A stretch of 64,000 bases of DNA from a bacterium (GCA_026709025.1 JAPOTT010000032.1:92803-156802); one strand, 5' to 3'. Counted from the stretch's first letter, positions 35,187-45,788 are shown. Notes: generated from the letters alone by a model not told the origin. Program-made: numbers and translations.

Positions 35187-35918
35187 TTAGCCACCATGAT
35201 CGAATAAACGCGAAGTTACCACTTCTTCGGCCCCCTCAGCAGGACCCTCCCAATCTACTTGTCCCTGTTTTAAAAACACAATCCGGTCACACAGTTTGAG
35301 AGCGTAGGTGGTTTGCTGCTCCACAATCAAAAGCGAGGTTCCACTTTGGCGGATAGATTCCAGCGTGCGGTAAACCTCTTCCACGATAATGGGGGCTAAC
35401 CCTAAAGAGAGTTCGTCTGCAATAAGCAACCGGGGTTCTTCAACTAACACGCGCGACAACGACAGCATGCGCTGCTCACCCCCCGATAAAGTGCCAGCCA
35501 CTTGGTTACGGCGCTCTCCTAGGCGCGGGAACAACTCAAATGCCCGTTCTAAACCATCGGCCATTCCTCGTCTCCCCAAAGCCCGCCTAAACGATAACTC
35601 TAAGTTCTCCTTTACAGTGAACGTGGATAACACCGACCTGCCCTCAGGAGCATGCGCCACCCCAGCACGAGCAAACTTGTAGGTACCTTGGTGGCTCATG
35701 TCATACCCATCTACCCACACGCTGCCTCTGCTAGGCGCTACTAACCCACTAGCTACTCTTGCAACCGCTGTTTTGCCAGCACCATTAGCTCCCAATAGTC
35801 CAACGGCCTCGCCTGACTCAACCTTCAAAGAAACATCAAACAAAGCCCTAAAGGGACCATAAGCTGCTTCTACATCTCGTATTTCTAGCACCGGTGGCAT
35901 TGCTCCGTTAGCAATCAT
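35187..35918 (-). CDS. livF: Branched-chain amino acid-type ABC transporter ATP-binding protein (LivF-like)
   Basis: Walker A is 'GANGAGKT' and the signature is 'LSGGEQRML'. The order is SBP-permease-LivG-LivF. Confidence 0.85.
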   Translation of the reverse strand: MIANGAMPPVLEIRDVEAAYGPFRALFDVSLKVESGEAVGLLGANGAGKTAVARVASGLVAPSRGSVWVDGYDMSHQGTYKFARAGVAHAPEGRSVLSTFTVKENLELSFRRALGRRGMADGLERAFELFPRLGERRNQVAGTLSGGEQRMLSLSRVLVEEPRLLIADELSLGLAPIIVEEVYRTLESIRQSGTSLLIVEQQTTYALKLCDRIVFLKQGQVDWEGPAEGAEEVVTSRLFDHGG

Positions 35919-36685
35919 TTGCCCACCTCAAATGTCCCCAAATAAGCAGAACGAACTGCTGGCTCCTTGAGCACCTCTTTGGTTGGGCCTTTTGCGATCA
36001 TGTTGCCGAAATCCAGAACATAAGAGTACTCCGTAAACTCGGCCACCAAGTTGATGTCGTGCTCTACCAACAAAATTGCAAACTCTCGTTCAGCTTGTAC
36101 TGCCTGAAGTGTGTTAGCTAACGCAGCAGTGTCTTCAGATCCCAACCCAGAACTAGGCTCATCCAACAACAACAGATCGGGCTCGGTCATCAAGGCTCGC
36201 CCTACCTCAACTAAGCGTCCTTGACCTAAGCTAAGGGTTTCAATGGGGGCTTGAGCCATCTCTAGCAAGCCCAAAAGCTCGAGCACTTCATAACATCGCT
36301 CCAACTCTTCGCTGCTTGGCCGTCCCAAACCTAAAATATCTTTCCAAAACGCGCCAGTACCATTGCGAATCCGTTCTGCAATAAACAGGTGCTCAAGAAC
36401 CGTGGTCTCCTCAAACAACTCTATGCGCTGGAAAGTACGACCTATGCCAGCGCGAGCCCTCTGACTAACCGGTAATCCGCTAAGTTCTTCACCCTTGAAC
36501 AAAACCTGCCCCTCATCAAGCGAGAGAACCCCCAACAAGCAGTTAAAAAAGGTTGTCTTGCCCGCCCCGTTTGGGCCGATCAGACCTACTCGTTGATGAG
36601 GGTATACAGCAATGTCTACGTTGCTGAGCGCTTGAATGCCAGCAAAGGATTTAGAAATGCCTGAAGCTTGCAACAAAGCACTCAC
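35915..36685 (-). CDS. livG: Branched-chain amino acid-type ABC transporter ATP-binding protein (LivG-like)
   Basis: Walker A is 'GPNGAGKTT', followed by 'LSLGQGRLVEV' and 'LLLDEPSSGL'. Confidence 0.85.
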   Translation of the reverse strand: MSALLQASGISKSFAGIQALSNVDIAVYPHQRVGLIGPNGAGKTTFFNCLLGVLSLDEGQVLFKGEELSGLPVSQRARAGIGRTFQRIELFEETTVLEHLFIAERIRNGTGAFWKDILGLGRPSSEELERCYEVLELLGLLEMAQAPIETLSLGQGRLVEVGRALMTEPDLLLLDEPSSGLGSEDTAALANTLQAVQAEREFAILLVEHDINLVAEFTEYSYVLDFGNMIAKGPTKEVLKEPAVRSAYLGTFEVGK

Positions 36686-38847
36686 GACTCAGCCTCTGCA
36701 TTCGGATTTGAATGAGCGTTGTCTTGGCTGTTTGATGCTTGGGCATCAACCACCTGTAGGTGTTCAGCTTGCTGGCCTTGCTGACGAGAGTTGTGTGTAG
36801 GTGCTTGGGGATACTTCTTATGCAGGCGAGCATTGATTTTTGCTAAGGAGCGGTTTTTACCGTATTCCACCATGCCTTCGGGATGGCGAGCGTACTGGAC
36901 AGCCGCTAGCCCAAACAGGATGAATCTCCATTTGGGTGATATTGGAAACAACCCAGGAATGCGTTCTTCGGAGCGTAAAATCCAGCCTAAGAAAGTGCCG
37001 TTGAGAATAACTGGAGGGAATAACGAAAACGCCGCGCCGGCTTGAAGGGCACCCTCCACAGTACGAGCACTCAATGACACCACTAACACCAGCCAGAACA
37101 ATGCCGTTGCAGGAGCAAAGTTGTTGCCGTAATTCACGTTCTCTTGGTGGATAGACAACATGGCTCCCCCGATACCTGCAATAAATGCCGATATAGCAAA
37201 CGCAGCTATACGAGCTTTAGCCGGGGATATGCCGATGGATTCTGAGGCCACCTCGCTACTGCGTAGCACACGCAGGGTGCGTCCGATAGTGCCTTCGCGT
37301 AGCTGAATAACTGCCAAGGAAATCAAGACCAGAACGATCACAGCTAAAACCAAAAACGCTTTGTCGTCGTTGAAATCCCACGGCCCTAGCTCAGGTCTGG
37401 GGACTCTAGTGCCTTGCAGCAAGGATGTATCTCCCCCTCCAACCCAGGGGAACTTCACCATTACTGAGTCAAAGAAATAGGCAAAGGCCAAAGTAGCCAA
37501 AGCCAACCATACTCCACCCAAGCGCAATACTGGAATGGACAACAAAGCCCCCACCGCCGCCGCAATGACAGCACCGATTAAGATGGCCAATAGAGGTGAA
37601 ACATCCCAACGATCTGCCATTTGGAAAACGGTGAAACCACCAATAGCTGCAAACGCCCCTTGACAGAGTGAAATTTGTCCTGCAAAGCCTGTTATCACCG
37701 TGATAGACAAGTAAATTGTAGACATAATCACCGCTTGAGTTACCAAAAACATCCAACGAATATCGGCTTGAGTCCACACCACCCAACCAAAGATAATCAA
37801 AAACGATACCGTGAAGGCTCGCAACCCTATGCTCAAATAACGATGGCGATCGTAACCAGTTGGCGTGGGTGGAGGAGGATCTACTCCAGCCATTGGATCT
37901 GTTGCTTCGCGCGCGCGGCGTATAGCTGGCCAAAGCACCACAATGCCAAACAAAACTACAAACGGCATCGCTAGTGTGAGGTTATCGGTTATGGGTTCTA
38001 AGAAGCTTGCAGACTCTGCCCATCGTGGTGCAAAGGTGTTGAACACAGCAATAACCCAACCCAGTGCCAAACCACCAACTAGTGCGCGCGGCAAGCTTAC
38101 CAGCCGACCTAAAGCAGCCGCAGCTACAGCTACTACCACCAGATAGGAAAAGTCTGCGCTAAGCAAGGTATTGAAACGAGGAGCAATTAGAACCCCAGCC
38201 AAACCAGCAAATGCACTGGACAAGGCCCATGCAAAAGCCGATACCCAGTCGGCACGGATACCAGCCAACTCTGTCATACGCGGACTCTCCACCACAGCTC
38301 GCATAGATAACCCAATCGCGGTGAACCGGAACAGGGCTCCCAACACAAGCGCTCCGAGCAAGGCAACAGCCATCTGCACTAACTCATTGCGGCTAAACGG
38401 GTAAACGCCAAACGGGTCATAGAACACGCCATTACCATTAGGTAAAAGTCCAGTAGGTGCGCGTCCAGCAACAGCCTCAAAGCTAAACACCAATTCAAAT
38501 ATGGCAGGCAGGGCCAAGCTTAAACCAATAGCTATAACCAGTTTGGAAACCGCACTAGCTGTGCGCAAGGTTCTAAAGATAACCCGCTCTAATATAAGCC
38601 CTATTGCAGGGGCAAGAACGAAAACCGATAGCACCAGAGCGGGAACGGTAGGCCAATCCCAATCATTAACCGCACGATAATACAAAGCAGCAGACACATA
38701 AGCCTGTGCGCCAAAAGCTAAGTTGAATACTCCCGATGTCTTATAAGTAAGAACAAACCCAAGCGCCACAAGAGCGTAAACGGTTCCGGGTGGTGTTCCC
38801 TGTAGGATTGCCCTAAATAAATCCTCGGCAACGGTTGCAAAAACCAC
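36682..38847 (-). CDS. Fused LivH-LivM type ABC permease
   Basis: 721 aa with about 18-20 hydrophobic segments. Two permease halves sit in one ORF, followed by a polar tail 'KKYPQAPTHNSRQQGQQAEH...'. Confidence 0.8.
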   Translation of the reverse strand: MVFATVAEDLFRAILQGTPPGTVYALVALGFVLTYKTSGVFNLAFGAQAYVSAALYYRAVNDWDWPTVPALVLSVFVLAPAIGLILERVIFRTLRTASAVSKLVIAIGLSLALPAIFELVFSFEAVAGRAPTGLLPNGNGVFYDPFGVYPFSRNELVQMAVALLGALVLGALFRFTAIGLSMRAVVESPRMTELAGIRADWVSAFAWALSSAFAGLAGVLIAPRFNTLLSADFSYLVVVAVAAAALGRLVSLPRALVGGLALGWVIAVFNTFAPRWAESASFLEPITDNLTLAMPFVVLFGIVVLWPAIRRAREATDPMAGVDPPPPTPTGYDRHRYLSIGLRAFTVSFLIIFGWVVWTQADIRWMFLVTQAVIMSTIYLSITVITGFAGQISLCQGAFAAIGGFTVFQMADRWDVSPLLAILIGAVIAAAVGALLSIPVLRLGGVWLALATLAFAYFFDSVMVKFPWVGGGDTSLLQGTRVPRPELGPWDFNDDKAFLVLAVIVLVLISLAVIQLREGTIGRTLRVLRSSEVASESIGISPAKARIAAFAISAFIAGIGGAMLSIHQENVNYGNNFAPATALFWLVLVVSLSARTVEGALQAGAAFSLFPPVILNGTFLGWILRSEERIPGLFPISPKWRFILFGLAAVQYARHPEGMVEYGKNRSLAKINARLHKKYPQAPTHNSRQQGQQAEHLQVVDAQASNSQDNAHSNPNAEAES

Positions 38848-38920
38848 TTCTTATCTCCGGTGGCCTGCTTGAATCATCAACCAGTATGTTGCGGCTAACC
38901 TTTACCTACTGAACTGTTAC

Positions 38921-40411
38921 CTACTCAAAGCTTGTGGGTTCAGGTTGGGCCCAATCAGTATTGGAATTGTCCCAACATAAGAAAGGCTTGGTTGGATCGC
39001 CGCTTACGATCTCAAAGGCTTTGTCTTTGACTTGTACAATGGCTTGACATTCAAGCTCATGCCCATTGCTTGTACGGTCGTCTGGTGTAGGTGAAGAGTG
39101 TTGACGAGACCAATCTGTGGCATTGATCATCCCATCAGCTGTGTAATTGGTTAGCTGCGTATTAGCAGCATCAATGTAAGATGCCCGATCAAACTCAGGC
39201 CCAGCAACCTTTAGACCTTCAACAAACAGATGTGCGTTAACCCAACCAGACATGGTTTGTTCCGATGTAGGCCCACCGTTTTCTTCTGTCCAGTGTAGAA
39301 AATCACGTACTATCTGCATGTCGCTTTCTTGAGGAGCAAGTTGGATAGCAACATAGTCACCCTCAAACAACTCGCCAGATTCTTCCACAAAAGCATGATC
39401 ATAGGCGTTGGCATGATGCAAGGTGATGGAATCACGTACTCCCTGACGCTGCAGTTCTTGGGCGAGGGTGATCATGCTATTCAGATCCATGCAAGAAACA
39501 ACAAAATCTACATCTGCCTCAATCATGGCGGTTACCTGTGGGCCAATCCCGTTGGGCAGACCAAACTCTAACTCGTCATTGAAATACGCCACTTCAGCAC
39601 CGATCTCCTCAGAATACATGTTTATAGAATCCCGATAGCTGCCAGTACATATTCTAGAGTTCTCTGTGACTCCGATGCCGAGGGCAGCAACTCGCGTGCC
39701 ACCCCCCTGTTGCACAAGATAAGGAATGTGGCGCACTGTACAGCCAGCACATGTTGGAGCAACAATAGAAAAGTTACTCAACTTCCCATCAGCTTCGGGA
39801 GCATGAATGCCCCAGTGAAAGCTGGGTACTCCTGCATTATCTAGTTCCACCCAACCGCTAGCAAAAAGGGTTGCGGTGAAAACCGCAAATGCGTCTCCGT
39901 CGGCGATGACTTCAAGCGCAGCAGCCTGGTTGTTAAACAGCTCATCATCAACCACATCACTGATAACTAGCTCACGACCCCAGATGCCACCCTCGTCGTT
40001 AATCTTATCAAAATAAGCCTGAACCCCTGTTGTGTAACAGTCCAAGGCGCAGATGCCGGTGGGATTGTTAGATTTGGTACCAATAACTGCTACAGCAATC
40101 TCTGCATCGCTCACACCGTCTACCCCTTCAATGGAAACAAACGTGCTGTAATCCTCTTCGGGCTCCTCTGGCATCTCTTCTGTTTCGCTATCAGCCATAT
40201 CTTCAGGCTCATTGCCAGCTGTATCTGTAGATTCATCGCTACTGGCCTCTGTGGGCTCTGGTTCAGGCTCTGGAGCTTGCGGAGTCTCTGTGCTCTGCGC
40301 TGTGGCCTCTACGGGAATTGTGGATGTATCATCATCATCGTTGCCGCACCCGGCAGCCAACATGACGAAGGCCACAACAAGCGCTAGAAACACTCGAAAC
40401 GAAAACTTCAT
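38921..40411 (-). CDS. ABC substrate-binding lipoprotein (LivK / periplasmic binding protein type I-like)
   Basis: The signal and lipobox are 'MKFSFRVFLALVVAFVMLAAGCG'. A roughly 65-aa acidic D/E/P/T-rich linker precedes the binding domain. The ORF maximum is 40426. Confidence 0.78.
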   Translation of the reverse strand: MKFSFRVFLALVVAFVMLAAGCGNDDDDTSTIPVEATAQSTETPQAPEPEPEPTEASSDESTDTAGNEPEDMADSETEEMPEEPEEDYSTFVSIEGVDGVSDAEIAVAVIGTKSNNPTGICALDCYTTGVQAYFDKINDEGGIWGRELVISDVVDDELFNNQAAALEVIADGDAFAVFTATLFASGWVELDNAGVPSFHWGIHAPEADGKLSNFSIVAPTCAGCTVRHIPYLVQQGGGTRVAALGIGVTENSRICTGSYRDSINMYSEEIGAEVAYFNDELEFGLPNGIGPQVTAMIEADVDFVVSCMDLNSMITLAQELQRQGVRDSITLHHANAYDHAFVEESGELFEGDYVAIQLAPQESDMQIVRDFLHWTEENGGPTSEQTMSGWVNAHLFVEGLKVAGPEFDRASYIDAANTQLTNYTADGMINATDWSRQHSSPTPDDRTSNGHELECQAIVQVKDKAFEIVSGDPTKPFLCWDNSNTDWAQPEPTSFE

Positions 40412-40477
40412 TTTCCCCCCTATCAAAGGTGATGCCCCTCAATCTGTTCAGGGCAATTTATATCAGACCAGCGGCAT

Positions 40478-41779
40478 CTAGCAAACATCAAGCACTCCTA
40501 AGCGCTGCACGTCGGCACCGAGGCTGCCAAGTTTGCCCACAAGATTCTCATATCCTCTGTCTATGTGATGCACATCCAACACGGTGGTTAACCCTTCCGC
40601 GGCCATACCAGCTAGCACCATTGCAGCCCCAGCACGAATATCGTGCGCCCGCACCGGGGCACCGCTCAACCGCTTCACCCCGCGGACAACCGCATGATGA
40701 CCTTCGGTGCGTATGTCGGCGCCCATACGCAACAGCTCATCCACATAGCGAAAGCGCCCTGAGAACAAGTTTTCAGTAACGATGCTCACCCCATCGGCCA
40801 CCGACAGGATTGCCACCAACAAAGGTTTGGTGTCGGTAGGCAACCCCGGATAAGGGAGGGTGGACACATCAGCTGCCTGTAAACGGTTCATGGCTGTGGC
40901 CATTATGCCGTTAGCTGCTTTAGCAGTACGAACGCCCATCTCTTCCAGCTTGCGACAAAAAATAGCCAAGTGATCTCCGCGAGCACCCTCCAGAGTTACC
41001 TCTCCACCAGCTACGCCCACAGCAGCCAAGTAAGTGGCAGCCTCAATGCGGTCGGCTACCACAGTATGGTCTGCGGGATGCAGTTCGCCTACGCCTTCCA
41101 CGCAGATGGTTGAGGTGCCCGCGCCAGAAACCTTGGCACCCATCTGATTCAAAAACACAGCTAAGTCTGCTATCTCGGGTTCGCGTGCGGCGTTATCAAT
41201 CACCGTGGTGCCAGTGGCCCTAGTAGCTGCCATCATCAAGTTTTCTGTGGCACCCACGCTGGGGTATTCCAGCAAAACCGGATTGCCCACCAGATTGTCT
41301 ACGGTGGCATATATGTCGCCACCAGATATCTTGAGCCGACATCCAATGGCCTCTAGAGCAGCAACGTGGATGTCTATAGGGCGATGGCCAAAGTCGTCTC
41401 CTCCCGGCAAAGCCACCCGAGCATTGCCGATCCCTGCCAAAAGCGAGCCAAGTACCGCTGTGGAAGCCCGCAGTTGCTCTGTGAGCGCATACGGAACTTC
41501 GCCGGTAATGAGCGCGGGACGCTGAATGACCAGAGCATTATCAGCGCGGTGCACCGACACCCCAATGTGGCGCAGCACATCGCCCATAACTTTGACATCT
41601 TCAATATCGGGCACATTACGAATTGTGAACGTGCCCTCGGTAAGCAAGCAGGCAGCCATGAGCTTTAGCACCGAGTTCTTGGCACCGCTGATAACCACTG
41701 AACCCTCAAGGGGCCCACTGGGGCGAACCTCAATACGTTCCTGATCGGTAAAATCCTCTGGATGGGTACGTTCCATCAA
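40478..41779 (-). CDS. murA: UDP-N-acetylglucosamine 1-carboxyvinyltransferase
   Basis: 433 aa with 'ISGAKNSVLKLMAA' and EPSP-synthase-fold colinearity. Confidence 0.95.
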   Translation of the reverse strand: MMERTHPEDFTDQERIEVRPSGPLEGSVVISGAKNSVLKLMAACLLTEGTFTIRNVPDIEDVKVMGDVLRHIGVSVHRADNALVIQRPALITGEVPYALTEQLRASTAVLGSLLAGIGNARVALPGGDDFGHRPIDIHVAALEAIGCRLKISGGDIYATVDNLVGNPVLLEYPSVGATENLMMAATRATGTTVIDNAAREPEIADLAVFLNQMGAKVSGAGTSTICVEGVGELHPADHTVVADRIEAATYLAAVGVAGGEVTLEGARGDHLAIFCRKLEEMGVRTAKAANGIMATAMNRLQAADVSTLPYPGLPTDTKPLLVAILSVADGVSIVTENLFSGRFRYVDELLRMGADIRTEGHHAVVRGVKRLSGAPVRAHDIRAGAAMVLAGMAAEGLTTVLDVHHIDRGYENLVGKLGSLGADVQRLGVLDVC

Positions 41780-41856
41780 ACAAGTATGGTCTACACAGAC
41801 AGGTCTAAAGTGTTCTATCTGTCATAAAGCCTGTCATCCATCCGCCACAATACAGT

Positions 41857-41900
41857 TACCACAGGTACAGGCACCACAGGTACAGGTACCACAGGCATCG
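41857..41900. repeat. 15-bp tandem repeat (YACCACAGGTACAGG, about 2.9 copies) in the murA/MFS divergent intergenic region
   Basis: The copies are 41857-41871 'taccacaggtacagg', 41872-41886 'caccacaggtacagg' and 41887-41900 'taccacaggcatcg'. Confidence 0.9.
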
Positions 41901-41950
41901 CGAGCGCTACCTCATACCTACAAGCACAAAAGTAGACTGCCATTTATTCC

Positions 41951-43462
41951 ATGCCCCAAGTGATCTCCCGTCACGTTCTGAGCGCGTCTGCTGCCGATGC
42001 TGTGTTAAACAGTAGCGGTGGACTGCTTTCTCCCCGATCAGACATCATCCTAGAAAAGGCTGATGGCGAAGGTACCTTTAGCGCAGCCGAAGGTCCGGTG
42101 ACGCAATACCGTCGCACTGTCACCACTCGGCACATCGGAGACGCTCAGGTAGAGATTACCGAACGATTCGACTACAAGTTGTCCATCGGTCTTTGGTGGG
42201 TACTGTTCGTGTTGCCTGTCAACCACACCCTGCGACACAAACGCGACCTGCCTTGGTGGCATCCCCCAGATCGATTTAACGCCCGACAAGCCAGCGTTGT
42301 GGCGCTATTGGCCACCTTAGCTGTGTTAGCAGGCTTCTTAGGCACCTTGTTGGGCCAAACCATCACCTTTGCCCGCGAGGAGTTTGGTGCTACTAAGTCT
42401 GCTCAGGGCTTTGCGCTCTCGGTGGTGCGCGTCAGCATCTTGCTAACCGTAGCCATTGCAGCCTTAGCTGATCGCCGCGGCCGTAGACGCATTCTCCTGC
42501 TTGCCGGTTTTGGGGCGATTGTGGCCTCCGCCGCAACCTCTCTGGCCCCCAACTTAGCTGCATTAGCTGGAATACAAGGGCTGGCACGCGGCCTGTCGCA
42601 CGCCATGGCTCTTTTGTTGTTTGTGTTCGCTCTGGAAGAATCTCCATCTGGTTCAAGGGCCTATGTAACCTCCCTTTTGGGCATGGCCGCAGGGTTAGGC
42701 TCATCTGTAGCAGTGGGATTGGTGCCGTTGGCCGACCTCGGGGTGGCCGCCTGGCGCTTTATCTTTTTGGTTGCTCTCATAGGGCTACCACTGCTTGCGT
42801 ATGCCGCCCGCCGTCTGCCAGAGTCGCAACGCTTCTGTGCAACACAGCCTGTAGCAAGAACTAAAGCTTCCAAACAGCATCGCCGCCGCTTAGTGCTGCT
42901 AGCAGCCACATCCTTTGCTGTGTTGTTGTTTGCTTCGCCAGCCTCACAACTTCAAAATGATTTTCTGCGAGACGAAAGAAACTTCAGCGCCACCAAGATT
43001 ACGGTCTTTGTGTTGCTCACAACGTGGACAGCTGGCCCGGCCATGTTGTGTGCGGGCAAGTTGGCCGACTTGCGCGGTCGCAGAGTCCTTGCATCGGTAG
43101 GGGTATGTGCTGGAGCGCTGCTAACCCTGTGGCATTTCACCACAGCTGGCTGGCCCATGTGGGTGCTGCTTGCGGCAGGCACCTGTATGTCTGCCACCAC
43201 AGTGCCTTCTTTGGGGGTTTACCGAGCCGAAATGTTTGGCACCATAAGACGCTCTGGTTCCAACGGATTAGTTGGTTTGGCTGGAGTTGCGGGCAGCGCT
43301 GCGGGGCTAGCTATTGCGGGAGTCATGGCAGATGCTTGGGGGTACGGTACGGCCTTTTCGGTGTTGGTGGCGGGACCACTTGTTGTGGCTGTGATTGTGC
43401 TGTTGTGTTATCCAGAGACCACTCGCAGATCTCTAGAGGAACTAAACCCGCAATCCCCCTAG
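41951..43462 (+). CDS. MFS transporter with a roughly 110-aa N-terminal cytoplasmic extension
   Basis: 503 aa with about 12 hydrophobic helices and the loop 'ADRRGRRRILL' (the MFS D-R-x-G-R-R motif). Confidence 0.8.
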   Translation: MPQVISRHVLSASAADAVLNSSGGLLSPRSDIILEKADGEGTFSAAEGPVTQYRRTVTTRHIGDAQVEITERFDYKLSIGLWWVLFVLPVNHTLRHKRDLPWWHPPDRFNARQASVVALLATLAVLAGFLGTLLGQTITFAREEFGATKSAQGFALSVVRVSILLTVAIAALADRRGRRRILLLAGFGAIVASAATSLAPNLAALAGIQGLARGLSHAMALLLFVFALEESPSGSRAYVTSLLGMAAGLGSSVAVGLVPLADLGVAAWRFIFLVALIGLPLLAYAARRLPESQRFCATQPVARTKASKQHRRRLVLLAATSFAVLLFASPASQLQNDFLRDERNFSATKITVFVLLTTWTAGPAMLCAGKLADLRGRRVLASVGVCAGALLTLWHFTTAGWPMWVLLAAGTCMSATTVPSLGVYRAEMFGTIRRSGSNGLVGLAGVAGSAAGLAIAGVMADAWGYGTAFSVLVAGPLVVAVIVLLCYPETTRRSLEELNPQSP

Positions 43463-43492
43463 CGCTAACAGTCCTGTAAATGCTCACTGCCC

Positions 43493-43792
43493 CTAGCTGT
43501 CGTCTTCATCAACCAGCTCAACGGCTTCATCCACAGATGCTTCATCTAACACACGCACGATCAAAGTTGGCCCTAGCCACGCATGTTGAAGCCGGCGCTG
43601 GCGCAGTTCAGCTTCTAAAGCATTGCGTCGCTCATAAGGCCAATCGTGGAGTTCATATGCCAGTTGCTCTTCGTCTGCGCTGCCCACTTCTTCTGGCAAC
43701 TGCGGCGGACTATCGAAGGTAGCTACCCCACATTCCAAACATTCTATCACACCATCTACAAAGTCGTACCCGCACTGATAACACCAGACCAT
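43493..43792 (-). CDS. Small acidic protein with an N-terminal zinc-ribbon (CxxC...CxxC)
   Basis: '[22 protein letters not shown]'. I recognise no family. It is divergent to glpX. Confidence 0.45.
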   Translation of the reverse strand: MVWCYQCGYDFVDGVIECLECGVATFDSPPQLPEEVGSADEEQLAYELHDWPYERRNALEAELRQRRLQHAWLGPTLIVRVLDEASVDEAVELVDEDDS

Positions 43793-43897
43793 CTTAAAAT
43801 AGTGGCAGACCACGCAACGGGGCTACGGTGTCATAGTGTGAAAACATCTTCAGAAGTCGATCCCAAACATCTTGCATCTGCACCCAACAGAGTCTCC

Positions 43898-44926
43898 ATG
43901 CACCTTGAGCGCGCTGTATCAGCAGACAACCCACGGGTACCAGAAGCCCCCGACCGCAACCTAGCAATGGAGTTGGTGCGGGTTACAGAGGTGGCTGCAC
44001 TAGCCGCTGCTCGCTGGATGGGCCGTGGAAACAAAGAAGGTGCAGACGACGCAGCCGTTGAAGCTATGCGGGTGTTGTTACGCACCGTGCCTATGAACGG
44101 CGTGGTGATCATCGGCGAAGGTGAAAAAGACGAAGCCCCTATGCTGTTCAACGGCGAGATGATTGGCGATGGTTCTCCCCCAGATTGCGACATAGCAGTA
44201 GACCCAATAGACGGCACCACGCTTACCGCTTTGGGCAGAAACAACGCTCTAGCAGTTATCGCAGTCTCAGAGCGAGGCACCATGTTCAATCCGGGGCCTT
44301 GCGTGTACATGAACAAGATCGCCTTTGGCCCAGAATGCGTGGGATACGGTATCTCACTAGATAATACCCCTAGTGAAAATCTGGATTTAGTTGCCCAAGC
44401 CAAGAATACCCCTATCCGAGATGTAACGGCTGTTATCTTGGACCGTGACCGCCATGCTGAGTTGATTGAAGAGGTGCGCGATGCGGGAGCCCGTATCCGC
44501 TTAATTCCCGATGGCGATGTTGCTGGCGCTATTTCCACCGCCTCGCCCGATTCGGGAGCAGACATCTTGTTTGGAATAGGCGGGACTCCAGAGGGGGTGA
44601 TCGCCGCAGCCGCACTGAAGTGCATGGGCGGTGAGTTGCTCTCCAAGCTGTATCCCCGCAACGACAAAGAACGCAAGGGTGCAGAAAAGCTAGGCCGAGA
44701 CGTAAATCAGGTTTTAACCGCCAACGATCTAGTGCGAGGCAACAACTGCTTTTTTGCTGCCACAGGAATAACCGACGGCGATCTGCTCCGAGGTGTTCGC
44801 TACAAGCAGGGTCGTGCTACCACACAGTCGCTTGTGATGCGCTCCAAATCGGGAACGGTACGCCAAATTGTGGCCGAGCATCAGATACAAAAGCTCAACA
44901 GCTTCTCAGCTGTGGAGTTTGGCTAA
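43898..44926 (+). CDS. glpX: Fructose-1,6-bisphosphatase class II
   Basis: '[28 protein letters not shown]', '[14 protein letters not shown]' and 'AVDPIDGTT'. The start is chosen at 'MHLERAV', by analogy with the N-terminus of actinobacterial GlpX. The track ORF start at 43646 overlaps the divergent gene. Confidence 0.9.
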   Translation: MHLERAVSADNPRVPEAPDRNLAMELVRVTEVAALAAARWMGRGNKEGADDAAVEAMRVLLRTVPMNGVVIIGEGEKDEAPMLFNGEMIGDGSPPDCDIAVDPIDGTTLTALGRNNALAVIAVSERGTMFNPGPCVYMNKIAFGPECVGYGISLDNTPSENLDLVAQAKNTPIRDVTAVILDRDRHAELIEEVRDAGARIRLIPDGDVAGAISTASPDSGADILFGIGGTPEGVIAAAALKCMGGELLSKLYPRNDKERKGAEKLGRDVNQVLTANDLVRGNNCFFAATGITDGDLLRGVRYKQGRATTQSLVMRSKSGTVRQIVAEHQIQKLNSFSAVEFG

Positions 44927-44984
44927 AGAGTTGCTGCTGTAAGGGTCGTTAAGGTTCCGCAATTAGGGCTTTCTACAATTAGGG

Positions 44985-45788
44985 CTACTGCCAGCGGCGG
45001 CGTGCGGCCCGGCCTAAGGCTATTCTACGAATCCTGTGAGGGGCTTTGGTGGATGCAAATGCCAACAGCCGGTTACGCCAACCGGTTACCGCTTGAGGTT
45101 GACGGCGGACTGCAGCCTTTAGTATCTGCTGTGCCACCTCGTCGGCATCCTGCCATCCAGTAGAAGGCCAGTTGTCTAAGTTCCACCCACCTTGCAGATG
45201 AAAGTTGGTGTGAGTTAATCCCGGCAAAACCGTGGTTACCTGCACCGATGAGCCCTTTTGTTCTTCATACAGCGCCTCTCCTAAACTGCTCACATAAGCC
45301 TTAGTGGCCGCATACACAGCTACGCTGGGCAGGGGTTGTAGGCCTGCCATAGACGACACCAACACAACCTGTCCGCCATCTCGTGTGGTTAGCGCGCCGA
45401 TTGCAGCGTGCGTGAGCCGCGTTAAAGCTGTTACGTTCAGCCCGATGGTTTCATCCACCTCGGCTGCGTCTTGTTCACCAAAGGGCCTCTCATAGCCGAG
45501 CCCTGCGTTGTTGATCACCAAATCCACGGGAACATCCTCAGACCATATCCGTTGTTCTACTTGAGCCAACTCCAGCGGATCGCACAGATCGGCAATGAGT
45601 ATTTCTGTGCCGAGCCCAGCAGCTACATCGGCCACACCAGCACGTTTGTCTACCAGTACCAACTTCACCCCAGCGCTTGCTAGCTGTTCAGCTAATGCTT
45701 TACCAATGCCCGAAGCTGCTCCTGTAACCAGAGCCCGCTCCCACCGCAACTGCTTTGACCGGCGCAAACCCACCCCCAACAACCTCAC
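44985..45788 (-). CDS. Short-chain dehydrogenase/reductase (SDR)
   Basis: 'ALVTGAASGIGKA' is the TGxxxGxG motif, 'NNAG' is present, and 'YAATKAY' is the YxxxK motif. Confidence 0.85.
   Translation of the reverse strand: MRLLGVGLRRSKQLRWERALVTGAASGIGKALAEQLASAGVKLVLVDKRAGVADVAAGLGTEILIADLCDPLELAQVEQRIWSEDVPVDLVINNAGLGYERPFGEQDAAEVDETIGLNVTALTRLTHAAIGALTTRDGGQVVLVSSMAGLQPLPSVAVYAATKAYVSSLGEALYEEQKGSSVQVTTVLPGLTHTNFHLQGGWNLDNWPSTGWQDADEVAQQILKAAVRRQPQAVTGWRNRLLAFASTKAPHRIRRIALGRAARRRWQ

Noticed and set aside
37469-38404. Several ORFs of 77-154 aa in alternative frames or antisense within the LivHM permease gene
   Set aside because: They lie inside a continuous 721-aa membrane-protein frame. 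They are shadow ORFs of GC-biased codons.
43646-43897. 84-codon N-terminal extension of the glpX ORF in the track
   Set aside because: It overlaps the divergent zinc-ribbon gene and has no GlpX-like sequence. The conserved N-terminus begins at 'MHLERAV...[15 protein letters not shown]'.
43831-44676. 281-aa minus-strand ORF
   Set aside because: It is entirely antisense to glpX, which has unmistakable class II FBPase motifs. Its Ser/Ala/Pro-rich composition is typical of a shadow frame.
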